Source: Edaphobacter aggregans (GTDB taxonomy: Bacteria; Acidobacteriota; Terriglobia; Terriglobales; Acidobacteriaceae). Taken from it: DNA of 32,000 bases. The stretch is taken from contig NZ_RSDW01000001.1 of assembly GCF_003945235.1 (NCBI RefSeq), positions 210,001-242,000 of the forward strand, given 5' to 3'. Shown piece by piece: positions 7,605-15,212 of the stretch. Under the pieces are notes generated by a model, which did not search any database, was not told the DNA's origin, and saw only the letters and a list, made by a program, of their open reading frames with translations. A program made the position numbers and the translations under genes. Each line of letters begins with the position of its first letter. Positions within the stretch are counted from its first letter, which is position 1.

Positions 7605-9164
7605 TCAGTTATGAAGCGCGGAGGCGTAAAACTTCACCATATCCGCCTTCATCTCCTTCAGGGCATCTACGTTCAAATAGACCATATGCCCCGCCGGATA
7701 GTAACCATATTCCACATTACCAGTCAGCTTGCCTGGCAGACTCATATGGCCCAGATCGTACTCAGTAGCAAAGAACGGAGTAGCCAGGTCAAAATACCCA
7801 TTTGCCGAAAATACTCGCAGCTTCGGATTCTTCCGAATCGTATCCGCAAGATCAATAGCAGTATCCGGAGCCGTCTGTTCTCCCCGCCCAGGAATCGCCC
7901 CAGCCGGTTTGTGCTTGAAGTCCCATGCCTGATTCAGCCCAGGCCCAGACGTATAGTACGTCTCCTGACTCATGTACTTTAGCTCTTTCTGAATGTAGTC
8001 ATGGAACGCTCCAACATACACCCCACTGATCCCCGTGTCGGATGGATCGTATCCAGGATTCTCACCCGCCGCATCCGGGTCCCACCCCGTGAATCGTGCG
8101 TCGTAACGTCCGAGCGTACGTTCATCATCCCGCAGCAATTCCTTGCGAAAGCGCGTCGCCGAAATCCGCAGCTTTGCCTCTTTCACATACTCGACACTCA
8201 ACCCTGTAAACGCCGCCACCTTAGCCGCAATGGCATCGAACTCAGCCGGCGGTAACTTATCCCCTTGGGCCAGCGCCTCCGCATAAGGCCCACGCGCAAA
8301 CTGCCGAGCCTGTTGCACCCACTCCGGCATCGACACCGAAGGCTTCACCTTCTTGTAGTGATAAGCAATCGCCGCAAACGAAGGTAAATATCCGATAGCC
8401 TCCGAGTCGTACCCCGGATTTCGAATCCCATAGTTCATGATCGACGACAACAGCACCACGCCGTTGAACTCCACCCCATCGCCCTGCAGCGCCGCAACTA
8501 ACCCGCCTGACCGAGTCGTCCCGTACGACTCCCCAAACAGAAACTTAGGCGAGTTCCACCGTTGATTCGCCGTAATATACCGCTCAATAAATTTCTTGAA
8601 CGCCTGAATATCCTGATCCGTCCCGGCAAAATCCTTCACTGTCCCCTTGCCCACCGCACGAGAGAACCCGCACAAAGGCGCATCGATGAAGACCAGATCG
8701 CTCTTATCTAACAGGCTGTACTGGTTCTGCACCCACTCAAACGGAGCAGGCTGCGTGGCATCCGGGCTCTGCGTAATCACCCGTACCGGCCCAAACGACC
8801 CCATGTGCAACCAGATCGTCGCCGCTCCCGGTCCGCCGTTGTAAAAGAACGTAACCGGACGGTTCTTCGCCTCCACCCCATCCTGCGTATAGGCCACATA
8901 AAAAATGCTGGCATTCGGCTTTTCCTGCTCATCTCGAATCAGCAGGTTCCCAGCCGTGGCCGTGTAATGAATCGTCTGACCACCCACCGTCAGATCATGC
9001 TTGGTCGTCGAGGTCGTCTCCGGAGGAACTGGAATCCCAGCATCTTCCTTCGCTGCTCCCTCACCAGAGCCACGTGGTCGTCCCTCAGGAGCCTGAGCCG
9101 AAGCCGTCACCGCCATCAAACCCACCATTATCATCGCCGTCGCGGGCCGCAACATCTTCAACAT
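7605..9164 (-). CDS. Secreted S10-family serine carboxypeptidase
   Basis: Motifs present are NGGPGAA, catalytic GESYG and C-terminal PAGHMV. The signal peptide is MLKMLRPATAMIMVGLMAVTASAQA. The start is 9164 or 9155 (GAGG lies 9 nt before 9155). The track start at 9272 adds 36 non-signal residues. Confidence 0.85.
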   Translation of the reverse strand: MLKMLRPATAMIMVGLMAVTASAQAPEGRPRGSGEGAAKEDAGIPVPPETTSTTKHDLTVGGQTIHYTATAGNLLIRDEQEKPNASIFYVAYTQDGVEAKNRPVTFFYNGGPGAATIWLHMGSFGPVRVITQSPDATQPAPFEWVQNQYSLLDKSDLVFIDAPLCGFSRAVGKGTVKDFAGTDQDIQAFKKFIERYITANQRWNSPKFLFGESYGTTRSGGLVAALQGDGVEFNGVVLLSSIMNYGIRNPGYDSEAIGYLPSFAAIAYHYKKVKPSVSMPEWVQQARQFARGPYAEALAQGDKLPPAEFDAIAAKVAAFTGLSVEYVKEAKLRISATRFRKELLRDDERTLGRYDARFTGWDPDAAGENPGYDPSDTGISGVYVGAFHDYIQKELKYMSQETYYTSGPGLNQAWDFKHKPAGAIPGRGEQTAPDTAIDLADTIRKNPKLRVFSANGYFDLATPFFATEYDLGHMSLPGKLTGNVEYGYYPAGHMVYLNVDALKEMKADMVKFYASALHN

Positions 9165-9195
9165 CCTCAAGGCAAACTCCTGTACATTTTCCAGT

Positions 9196-9209
9196 GCGAT
9201 TCGAATCGC
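9196..9209. promoter_or_regulatory. Perfect 14-bp palindrome GCGATTCGAATCGC in the divergent S10-peptidase/paoA control region
   Basis: Read directly from the sequence. It lies about 32-45 nt upstream of the likely peptidase start. It could be an operator or a short 5'-UTR hairpin. Function is unproven. Confidence 0.25.
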
Positions 9210-9399
9210 TAATTTTCTGTATGAAAACATCATACCGCCAGCACTGTTCCTTCCATCCCGGTCAACGGGCATCTTTTTTAACCAATCATTCGTCTACATC
9301 CACTAACCGCGTCAGCGGATGACCACTCGACGGCGAAGCCTTTAACCAACCCCCTCCACGAAATCCAGTTCGGACGACCCGACGCTTGAGAGGCTACTG

Positions 9400-10107
9400 A
9401 TGAGCACACCGCTCTGCACCCCCGAAGAAGAACTCCTCGAACAAAACCCCACCTCCGCCGAGATTGAGATCTCTCGCCGCACCTTCGTCAAAGCAGCGGG
9501 AATCCTCGGCGCGGGAGTCGCTACTGGCATCCCAACCCTCGCCTCCGCTCAAGACGCGCAGGACGCAGCCGCAACCACTCCCCACACTGTTAACCTGACC
9601 CTCAAAATCAACGGCAAATCCTACGCGTTGACAGCCCTCGACACACGTACCTCCCTCCTAGACGCACTCCGCGAGGACCTCAATCTCACCGGCAGCAAAA
9701 AAGGCTGCGATCACGGCCAATGCGGAGCCTGCACCGTCCTCGTCGACGGCCGCCGCGTCAACTCTTGCCTTACCCTTGCCGTCGCAGCCGAGGGCGCCGA
9801 AATCACGACCATCGAAGGTCTCGCTCAGGGCGATGTTCTTCACCCCGTCCAGGCCGCCTTCGTCGAACACGACGCCTTCCAGTGCGGCTACTGCACTCCC
9901 GGCCAGATCTGCTCCACCGTAGCCCTCATCGAGGAGCACAAAAAAGGCACCCTCAGCACCGTCTCATTCGAGACCGGACAGACCGTCAATCCCCAACTCA
10001 CCGACAACGAGATCCGCGAGCGCATGAGCGGCAACATCTGCCGTTGCGCCGCCTACCCCAACATCGTAGCCGCTGTCCGCGCCGCAGCCATGGGAGTCCG
10101 CGTATGA
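9400..10107 (+). CDS. paoA: Periplasmic aldehyde oxidoreductase, [2Fe-2S] subunit with Tat signal
   Basis: The twin-arginine motif is [10 protein letters not shown]...ASAQ. The two 2Fe-2S cysteine clusters are [11 protein letters not shown] and [10 protein letters not shown]...CRCAAY. SD GAGAGG lies 6 nt before the ATG. Confidence 0.9.
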   Translation: MSTPLCTPEEELLEQNPTSAEIEISRRTFVKAAGILGAGVATGIPTLASAQDAQDAAATTPHTVNLTLKINGKSYALTALDTRTSLLDALREDLNLTGSKKGCDHGQCGACTVLVDGRRVNSCLTLAVAAEGAEITTIEGLAQGDVLHPVQAAFVEHDAFQCGYCTPGQICSTVALIEEHKKGTLSTVSFETGQTVNPQLTDNEIRERMSGNICRCAAYPNIVAAVRAAAMGVRV

Positions 10108-11096
10108 ACCCATTCAGCTATCAACGAGCCGCTACATCCGACGCCGCCCTCCACGCCATCACCGCTCGCGGAGCCAAATTCCTCGGCGGCGGCACCAACC
10201 TCGTCGACCTGATGAAATACGGCGTCGAAACCCCGACGACCCTCATCGACGTCACCCACATCACCTCGACCGAGATCACAAGCGCGCCCAACGGAGTAAC
10301 CACCATCGGAGCCGGTGTCCGCAACAGCGACCTCGCCAACCATCAGATCATCCGCACAAACTATCCGCTCCTCTCACACGCCCTGCTCAGCGGAGCCTCT
10401 GCGCAACTCCGTAACATGGCCACCACCGGCGGCAATCTCCTCCAACGCACCCGTTGCTACTACTTCAGCGACACCGCCTTTTCCCAGTGCAACAAGCGCA
10501 CTCCGGGCAGTGGCTGTGCAGCAATGAGAGGCTTCAACCGTATTCACGCGATCCTCGGGGCCAGCGAAAGTTGCATCGCCACCAATCCTTCCGACATGAG
10601 CGTGGCCCTGGCCGCCCTCAACGCCACCATCCACGTGCAGGGTCCCAAAGGCAAGCGCGCCATTCCCATCGTCGACTTCCACCGTCTTCCCGGCACCACG
10701 CCCAACATCGACACCAACCTCAAGCCCGACGAACTCATCACCGCCGTCGAACTCCCTGCACCCAGATTCGCCAAAAACTCCTTCTACGTAAAAGTCCGCG
10801 ACCGCCAGAGCTATGCCTTCGCGCTGGTCTCCGTCGCCGCCGGCCTAGAACTGGACGGCAACACCATCAAATCTGCCGGCCTCGCACTAGGGGGCGTAGC
10901 CCACAAACCATGGCGCTCCGCCGAAGCCGAAAAAGCCCTCATCGGCTCTCCCGCTACCCCCGAGACCTTCCGCAAAGCCTCAGAGCTCGCCGTAGCCGGA
11001 GCCCAGCCCCATGCCCATAATGCCTTCAAGATCGAACTCGCCAAGCAAAGCATCGTGCGCGCCCTCACCCTCGCCGCACAAGGAGTCCAGGCATGA
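10104..11096 (+). CDS. paoB: Aldehyde oxidoreductase FAD-binding subunit (PaoB/YagS-like, with 4Fe-4S cysteines)
   Basis: ATGA overlap with the paoA stop. Motifs are MNPFSYQRA...KFLGGGTNLVDLMK and the Cys set RTRCYYF..QCNKR..GSGCAA..SCIA. These closely resemble E. coli PaoB as I remember it. The track ORF from 9720 is an in-frame upstream extension overlapping paoA. Confidence 0.9.
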   Translation: MNPFSYQRAATSDAALHAITARGAKFLGGGTNLVDLMKYGVETPTTLIDVTHITSTEITSAPNGVTTIGAGVRNSDLANHQIIRTNYPLLSHALLSGASAQLRNMATTGGNLLQRTRCYYFSDTAFSQCNKRTPGSGCAAMRGFNRIHAILGASESCIATNPSDMSVALAALNATIHVQGPKGKRAIPIVDFHRLPGTTPNIDTNLKPDELITAVELPAPRFAKNSFYVKVRDRQSYAFALVSVAAGLELDGNTIKSAGLALGGVAHKPWRSAEAEKALIGSPATPETFRKASELAVAGAQPHAHNAFKIELAKQSIVRALTLAAQGVQA

Positions 11097-13279
11097 ACGC
11101 CACGCATGATCACCAGCAAAGCGCCCAGCAGCTTGACCACCGCTACGAAGCCCGTCTCAAGGTAACTGGCACTGCCAAATACGCCGCCGAGTTTCAAAAT
11201 GACGTTGCCCATGGCTACATCGTCCAGAGCACCATCCCCGCTGGAACCATAACCTCCATCGATCAGGCGGCAGCCGCGAAGGCATCAGGCGTACTTGCCA
11301 TCATCACGCCGTTCAACGCGCCAAAACTCGGCGAACTCGGCAACGTCAACGTCCTCCAGAACACCACTGTCCTCTACAACGGACAGCCCATCGCTGTCGT
11401 CGTGGCACGCTCTCTACTCGAAGCCCAGCAGGCCGCAAAGCTCCTCCGCATCGAGTACAAACAGCAGCCCGCAAAGATCGACTTCAACGCTCTCGCCGAC
11501 GAGGCGCGTCCGCCCAAGCGTGGTGGCAGCTCTCGCCGCGGAGATCCCGAGGCCTCCCTCGCCAAGGCAACCACGGTCATCGAACAGACTTACTCCACCC
11601 CCATCCAGAACCACAACCCAATGGAACCTCACGCCACCATCGCCACATGGGACGGCGACAAACTCCACGTCTTCGACGCCACCCAGGGAATCACCGGTGT
11701 CAAGCAGGCCCTCGCCCGCGCCTTCTCTATCCCCCAGGACAATGTGCACGTTCAGTGCCCCTACACGGGCGGCGGCTTCGGCTGCAAAGGTTATGTCTGG
11801 TCCAACACCATCCTCGCCGCGATGGCTGCAAAGGTAGCCCAACGCCCCGTCAAACTCGTCCTCGGTCGCGAACAGATGTTCGGCCCCGTAGGCTCCCGCC
11901 CCAACACCCTCCAGCACATCAAGCTCGCCGCATCAGCCGACGGCAAGCTCCTTCTCCAGCAGCACGACTCCACCTGCTACGTCTCCTTCATCTCCGAGTG
12001 GATCGAAAGCGCCGCCAATCCAACCACTCTCCTCTACGACAGTGAGTCGCTCATCGTCAGCCACCGCGTCGTCGACCTCAACCTCGGCATGGGCACCTGG
12101 CAGCGCGCTCCCGGCGAAGCCACCGGCAGCGTCGGCTTCGAAATCGCCCTCGACGAGCTAGCCGAAAAGCTCAACATCGACCCCATCCAACTTCGTCTCA
12201 TCAACTATGCCGAAAAAGATCCTCGCCAGGGCCACCCATGGTCCAGCAAGCATCTTCGCGAATGCTACACCCAGGCCGCCGAACGTTTCGGCTGGTCCAA
12301 GCGAACCCCACAGCCGGGCCAACACCGTGAAGGCAACAAACTCATCGGCTATGGCATGGCCACAGCTAACTATGGAGCCTCACGCTCACCTTCCTCCGCC
12401 GTGGTCCGCTTCCTTCCCAACGGACGCGTCTTCGCCGGCATAGGCACTCAGGACCTCGGCACCGGAACCTACACCATCCTCGCCCAGGCCGCTGCCAACG
12501 CCCTCTCCATGGACCCGAATCTCGTCGACGTCCAGCTCGGCGACTCCGCCCTGCCCCGCTCCGGCGGCTCAGGTGGCTCGACAACCGCAGCCTCCGTCTG
12601 CCCGGCAGTCCATGACGCCGCAATCCAGGCAAAACTGAAACTCGCGCAGCTAGCAGTCGCCGACGCCGCCTCTCCCCTCCACGGGTCCAACCCCGAAGAT
12701 CTCGACACCCGAAGCGGTCAACTCTTTCTCAAATCCTCGCCCGACAGATCCGAGAACATCACCACCCTGATCGCCCGCAACGGCAATAACCCAGTCGAAG
12801 GCACAGCCACCTCCGAGCTTCCCAAGGATCGCGACACCTTCTCTTCCCACTCCTGGGGAGCCATCTTCGCCGAGGTAGCTGTCGACGCCGACACCCGCAT
12901 GGTCAAGGTCCGCCGTCTCGTTGGCACTTACGACATCGGCACCCTCATCAATCAGAAGACCGGCACCAACCAACTCATCGGCGGCGTTGTCTGGGGCATC
13001 AGCATGGCCCTCCATGAAGAGGCTGTCATTGATCCCATCCACGGCCGCACCGTTAACGAAAGCTTCGCCGAGTACCACGTCCCCGTCAACGCCGACGTCC
13101 CCGAGATCGACATAACCTGCCTCAACATTCCCGACTACAAATTCAACCCACTAGGCTCCCGAGGCATCGGCGAGATCGGCATCACCGGAACCGCCGCCGC
13201 TATAGGCAACGCCATCTACAACGCCACCGGCAAACGTGTTCGCAACTTCCCCATCACCCTCGACAAACTCATGGCATAA
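11093..13279 (+). CDS. paoC: Aldehyde oxidoreductase molybdopterin-binding large subunit
   Basis: ATGA overlap with the paoB stop. The 728-aa product has an N-terminus of LKVTGTAKYAAEF...GYIVQSTI typical of the xanthine-dehydrogenase family, and its length matches PaoC/YagR. Confidence 0.9.
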   Translation: MNATHDHQQSAQQLDHRYEARLKVTGTAKYAAEFQNDVAHGYIVQSTIPAGTITSIDQAAAAKASGVLAIITPFNAPKLGELGNVNVLQNTTVLYNGQPIAVVVARSLLEAQQAAKLLRIEYKQQPAKIDFNALADEARPPKRGGSSRRGDPEASLAKATTVIEQTYSTPIQNHNPMEPHATIATWDGDKLHVFDATQGITGVKQALARAFSIPQDNVHVQCPYTGGGFGCKGYVWSNTILAAMAAKVAQRPVKLVLGREQMFGPVGSRPNTLQHIKLAASADGKLLLQQHDSTCYVSFISEWIESAANPTTLLYDSESLIVSHRVVDLNLGMGTWQRAPGEATGSVGFEIALDELAEKLNIDPIQLRLINYAEKDPRQGHPWSSKHLRECYTQAAERFGWSKRTPQPGQHREGNKLIGYGMATANYGASRSPSSAVVRFLPNGRVFAGIGTQDLGTGTYTILAQAAANALSMDPNLVDVQLGDSALPRSGGSGGSTTAASVCPAVHDAAIQAKLKLAQLAVADAASPLHGSNPEDLDTRSGQLFLKSSPDRSENITTLIARNGNNPVEGTATSELPKDRDTFSSHSWGAIFAEVAVDADTRMVKVRRLVGTYDIGTLINQKTGTNQLIGGVVWGISMALHEEAVIDPIHGRTVNESFAEYHVPVNADVPEIDITCLNIPDYKFNPLGSRGIGEIGITGTAAAIGNAIYNATGKRVRNFPITLDKLMA

Positions 13280-13287
13280 AACCCAAA

Positions 13288-13737
13288 CTAAGTAGCGGTA
13301 TCCAGGTGAAAGGACTCGGTGTACGACTCAACCGAATACCCTTTCGCCTTCCATGCCGCTAGCCCGCCCCGAAGCAACTTTATCCGCGAGAACTCCAAAG
13401 CCAAGGCCCGCCGCAGAATGTCTCGGCTCGTCTTCTCGCTGTTGCAGGTGCAGTAGACGACCGCATCTTCCTCCTTGGGAATGAGCGATGGATTCGCAAT
13501 CACATCCTTCGGGGGAATCCTCGTCGCGCCTGGAATAATCTCCGCATAGGCCAACAGATCCAGTGGCTGGCGGACATCGAATACGTGAACTCTCTTACCC
13601 AGGCTCAACCACTCGTGGAGTACTTCCGGCTCAATATAGTGCTGCGTAAACTCACGTCGCTCCCGCAAGCGTTTCATCCAGACGATCGCAAAGATCAGGA
13701 CAACTACCGCAACAGCGCAAATAACAATCAGAGCCAT
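13288..13737 (-). CDS. Membrane-anchored single-domain rhodanese (sulfurtransferase-like)
   Basis: N-terminal TM helix MALIVICAVAVVVLIFAIVW, followed by a rhodanese fold with the active-site loop VVYCTCNSEKTS and C-terminal LRGGLAAWKAKGY. The start at 13737 has GGGAGGG 6 nt upstream. The track start at 13842 is rejected. Confidence 0.8.
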   Translation of the reverse strand: MALIVICAVAVVVLIFAIVWMKRLRERREFTQHYIEPEVLHEWLSLGKRVHVFDVRQPLDLLAYAEIIPGATRIPPKDVIANPSLIPKEEDAVVYCTCNSEKTSRDILRRALALEFSRIKLLRGGLAAWKAKGYSVESYTESFHLDTAT

Positions 13738-13768
13738 ATCATCCCTCCCTGCAATTCGTGCAGATATA

Positions 13769-14143
13769 TCAGATTCTCGACAGTTCAGAAAGATCCTTCG
13801 AAGCACGAATTGGCACCCGCAACCTATCGACTTCCTTGCCATTCCGTATTCGCCTTAGCTGGCGCTTCAGATGCGCAGTAGGATCTTTTGGCTCTCCCTC
13901 ATCATCCTCATCTTCATGCTCATCAAGCTTTTCTTCAAGAACATAGGCGACTCTAGGCTCAGCAATCGCTTGCAGTGTATGAAGAGCATTCCCAAAAGAA
14001 GCAGAACTTGGATAAAACCCCAGATGCCTCTTTCCAAGCCGCCTTCTAAGCTTCCAGCGAACGCGCTGAAAATAGAACGCGCAAAGAATCAAACCAACAA
14101 AGAACAAAAGGCCTTGGCTAAATACAGCATTAAAAATATCCAT
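13769..14143 (-). CDS. Hypothetical membrane protein (N-terminal TM + acidic/basic cytoplasmic tail)
   Basis: ATG 14143 is preceded by GGGGGAAG. The product is MDIFNAVFSQGLLFFVGLILCAFYF...EEKLDEHEDEDDEGEP.... It ends 32 nt upstream of the rhodanese start on the same strand. I recognise no family, and the region is AT-richer with atypical codons. Confidence 0.45.
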   Translation of the reverse strand: MDIFNAVFSQGLLFFVGLILCAFYFQRVRWKLRRRLGKRHLGFYPSSASFGNALHTLQAIAEPRVAYVLEEKLDEHEDEDDEGEPKDPTAHLKRQLRRIRNGKEVDRLRVPIRASKDLSELSRI

Positions 14144-14236
14144 ACACTTCCCCCATTCGACAAAGAAATCGCCAATAAAAACAAAGCGAGCGCAGGTCAA
14201 ACACACTAACCGCGACACGCACCGCGCTGTTGGGAT

Positions 14237-14503
14237 TTATGCGAAGAGCGAAGGGGGAGGACGTTGAAAAAGCGAAGCCGAAGCAGGAGCCTGTGGAAGC
14301 AAGACTCTGCCTAATTCCGCGACTGTCCACAGCGAACGAGGAATGTCTACCGTTCCGAAGAGAAACTCCGGAACAAGCACAACACAGGCGACTGCTCCGC
14401 CGTGCTGGATAGAAGAGTGAGGCAGCAGCAACAGCAACAGGGCAACTACAACCGCGATAGCGGCAAAGGTTCTCAGCCAACGTTGCTGCAAGTTCTCACG
14501 CAC
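14237..14503 (-). CDS. Possible small membrane protein (88 aa, GTG start)
   Basis: An ORF with a Leu-rich hydrophobic segment (AAIAVVVALLLLLLP, VACVVLVPEFLF). It has no convincing SD and non-C-ending codons unlike the rest of the window, so it may be non-coding. Confidence 0.25.
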   Translation of the reverse strand: MRENLQQRWLRTFAAIAVVVALLLLLLPHSSIQHGGAVACVVLVPEFLFGTVDIPRSLWTVAELGRVLLPQAPASASLFQRPPPSLFA

Positions 14504-14610
14504 TGCCGCAAAGTATACAGCGCGGCATCCTATAGCCTCGGTATAGATTCAGCCAACAGAATCACCAAAGAAAGTCACGATACACTCTCTTCAATCCAGG
14601 AGCGGCAGCG

Positions 14611-15123
14611 ATGGCTACTTTTATCCGACTCTGTCCTGCATTATTCCTTCTCAGTTGGACAACTATCGGCACAGCTTACGCGACCAGCCTAATGGCAGAT
14701 GACGTGTTGTTGCAGACGACTTCTCCTCATCCTGGCGTGACGAAACAACAATCGCCGGCACAATCCGCACTTCCGACCCCTGATCCCGACGCACCGTCCA
14801 GTTGCAGCCGCGGCAAGGGCATTGTTCCCCCAAAACTTACCTACTCTGTCGAGCCGTCGTTCCCTGATAAGGCGATCAAACGAAAGATTGGAGGTAGCTC
14901 CACGGTTCAGTTCGTGGTTGACACGGACGGTCATGTTAAGGACGTCCACATCATCAAATCCAGCGCCGACCAATATACCAACAAGAAAGACCAGGAAGCT
15001 GCCAGAACTCTCGACGACCAAGCCATTCAAGCCGCAAGACAGTACCGGTTTGAACCCGCAACGCTTCAAGGCAAACCCATACCTTGCACTCAGACCGCTG
15101 AAGTTCAATTCCTGAGGTACTAG
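14611..15123 (+). CDS. Secreted TonB C-terminal domain protein
   Basis: Signal peptide MATFIRLCPALFLLSWTTIGTAYA. The TonB_C pattern is PPKLTYSVEPSFPDKAIKRKIGGSSTVQFVVDTDGHVKDVHIIKSS...AARQYRFEPATLQGKPI. SD AGGAG lies 8 nt before the ATG. Confidence 0.8.
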   Translation: MATFIRLCPALFLLSWTTIGTAYATSLMADDVLLQTTSPHPGVTKQQSPAQSALPTPDPDAPSSCSRGKGIVPPKLTYSVEPSFPDKAIKRKIGGSSTVQFVVDTDGHVKDVHIIKSSADQYTNKKDQEAARTLDDQAIQAARQYRFEPATLQGKPIPCTQTAEVQFLRY

Positions 15124-15212
15124 CGCCTCGTCTTTAGAACGGTATCTCCCTTTATTCCCCTCCACCCACCGTACAACTCACAGGCAAAGAATATGCGAAG
15201 ATAAGCAGGTCC

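Noticed and set aside
9273-9399. Looked for a Moco riboswitch upstream of paoA
   Set aside because: I cannot recognise the Moco motif's conserved helices by eye. An Infernal scan with the Rfam Moco model would be needed. It is not claimed.
9720-10103. N-terminal 128-aa extension of the paoB ORF
   Set aside because: It overlaps paoA out of frame and is Arg/Pro-rich. The ATG at 10104 forms an ATGA overlap with the paoA stop and begins the conserved MNPFSY... N-terminus.
13871-14209. 112-aa + strand ORF in the AT-richer patch
   Set aside because: It is antisense to the more plausible TM + acidic-tail ORF. Its Lys/Ser/Pro-rich product has no SD.
14422-14440. CAG/CAA trinucleotide run (gcagcagcaacagcaacag)
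   Set aside because: It has only about 6 units. It corresponds to the Leu run of the doubtful minus-strand ORF and is too short to call a microsatellite or a contingency locus.
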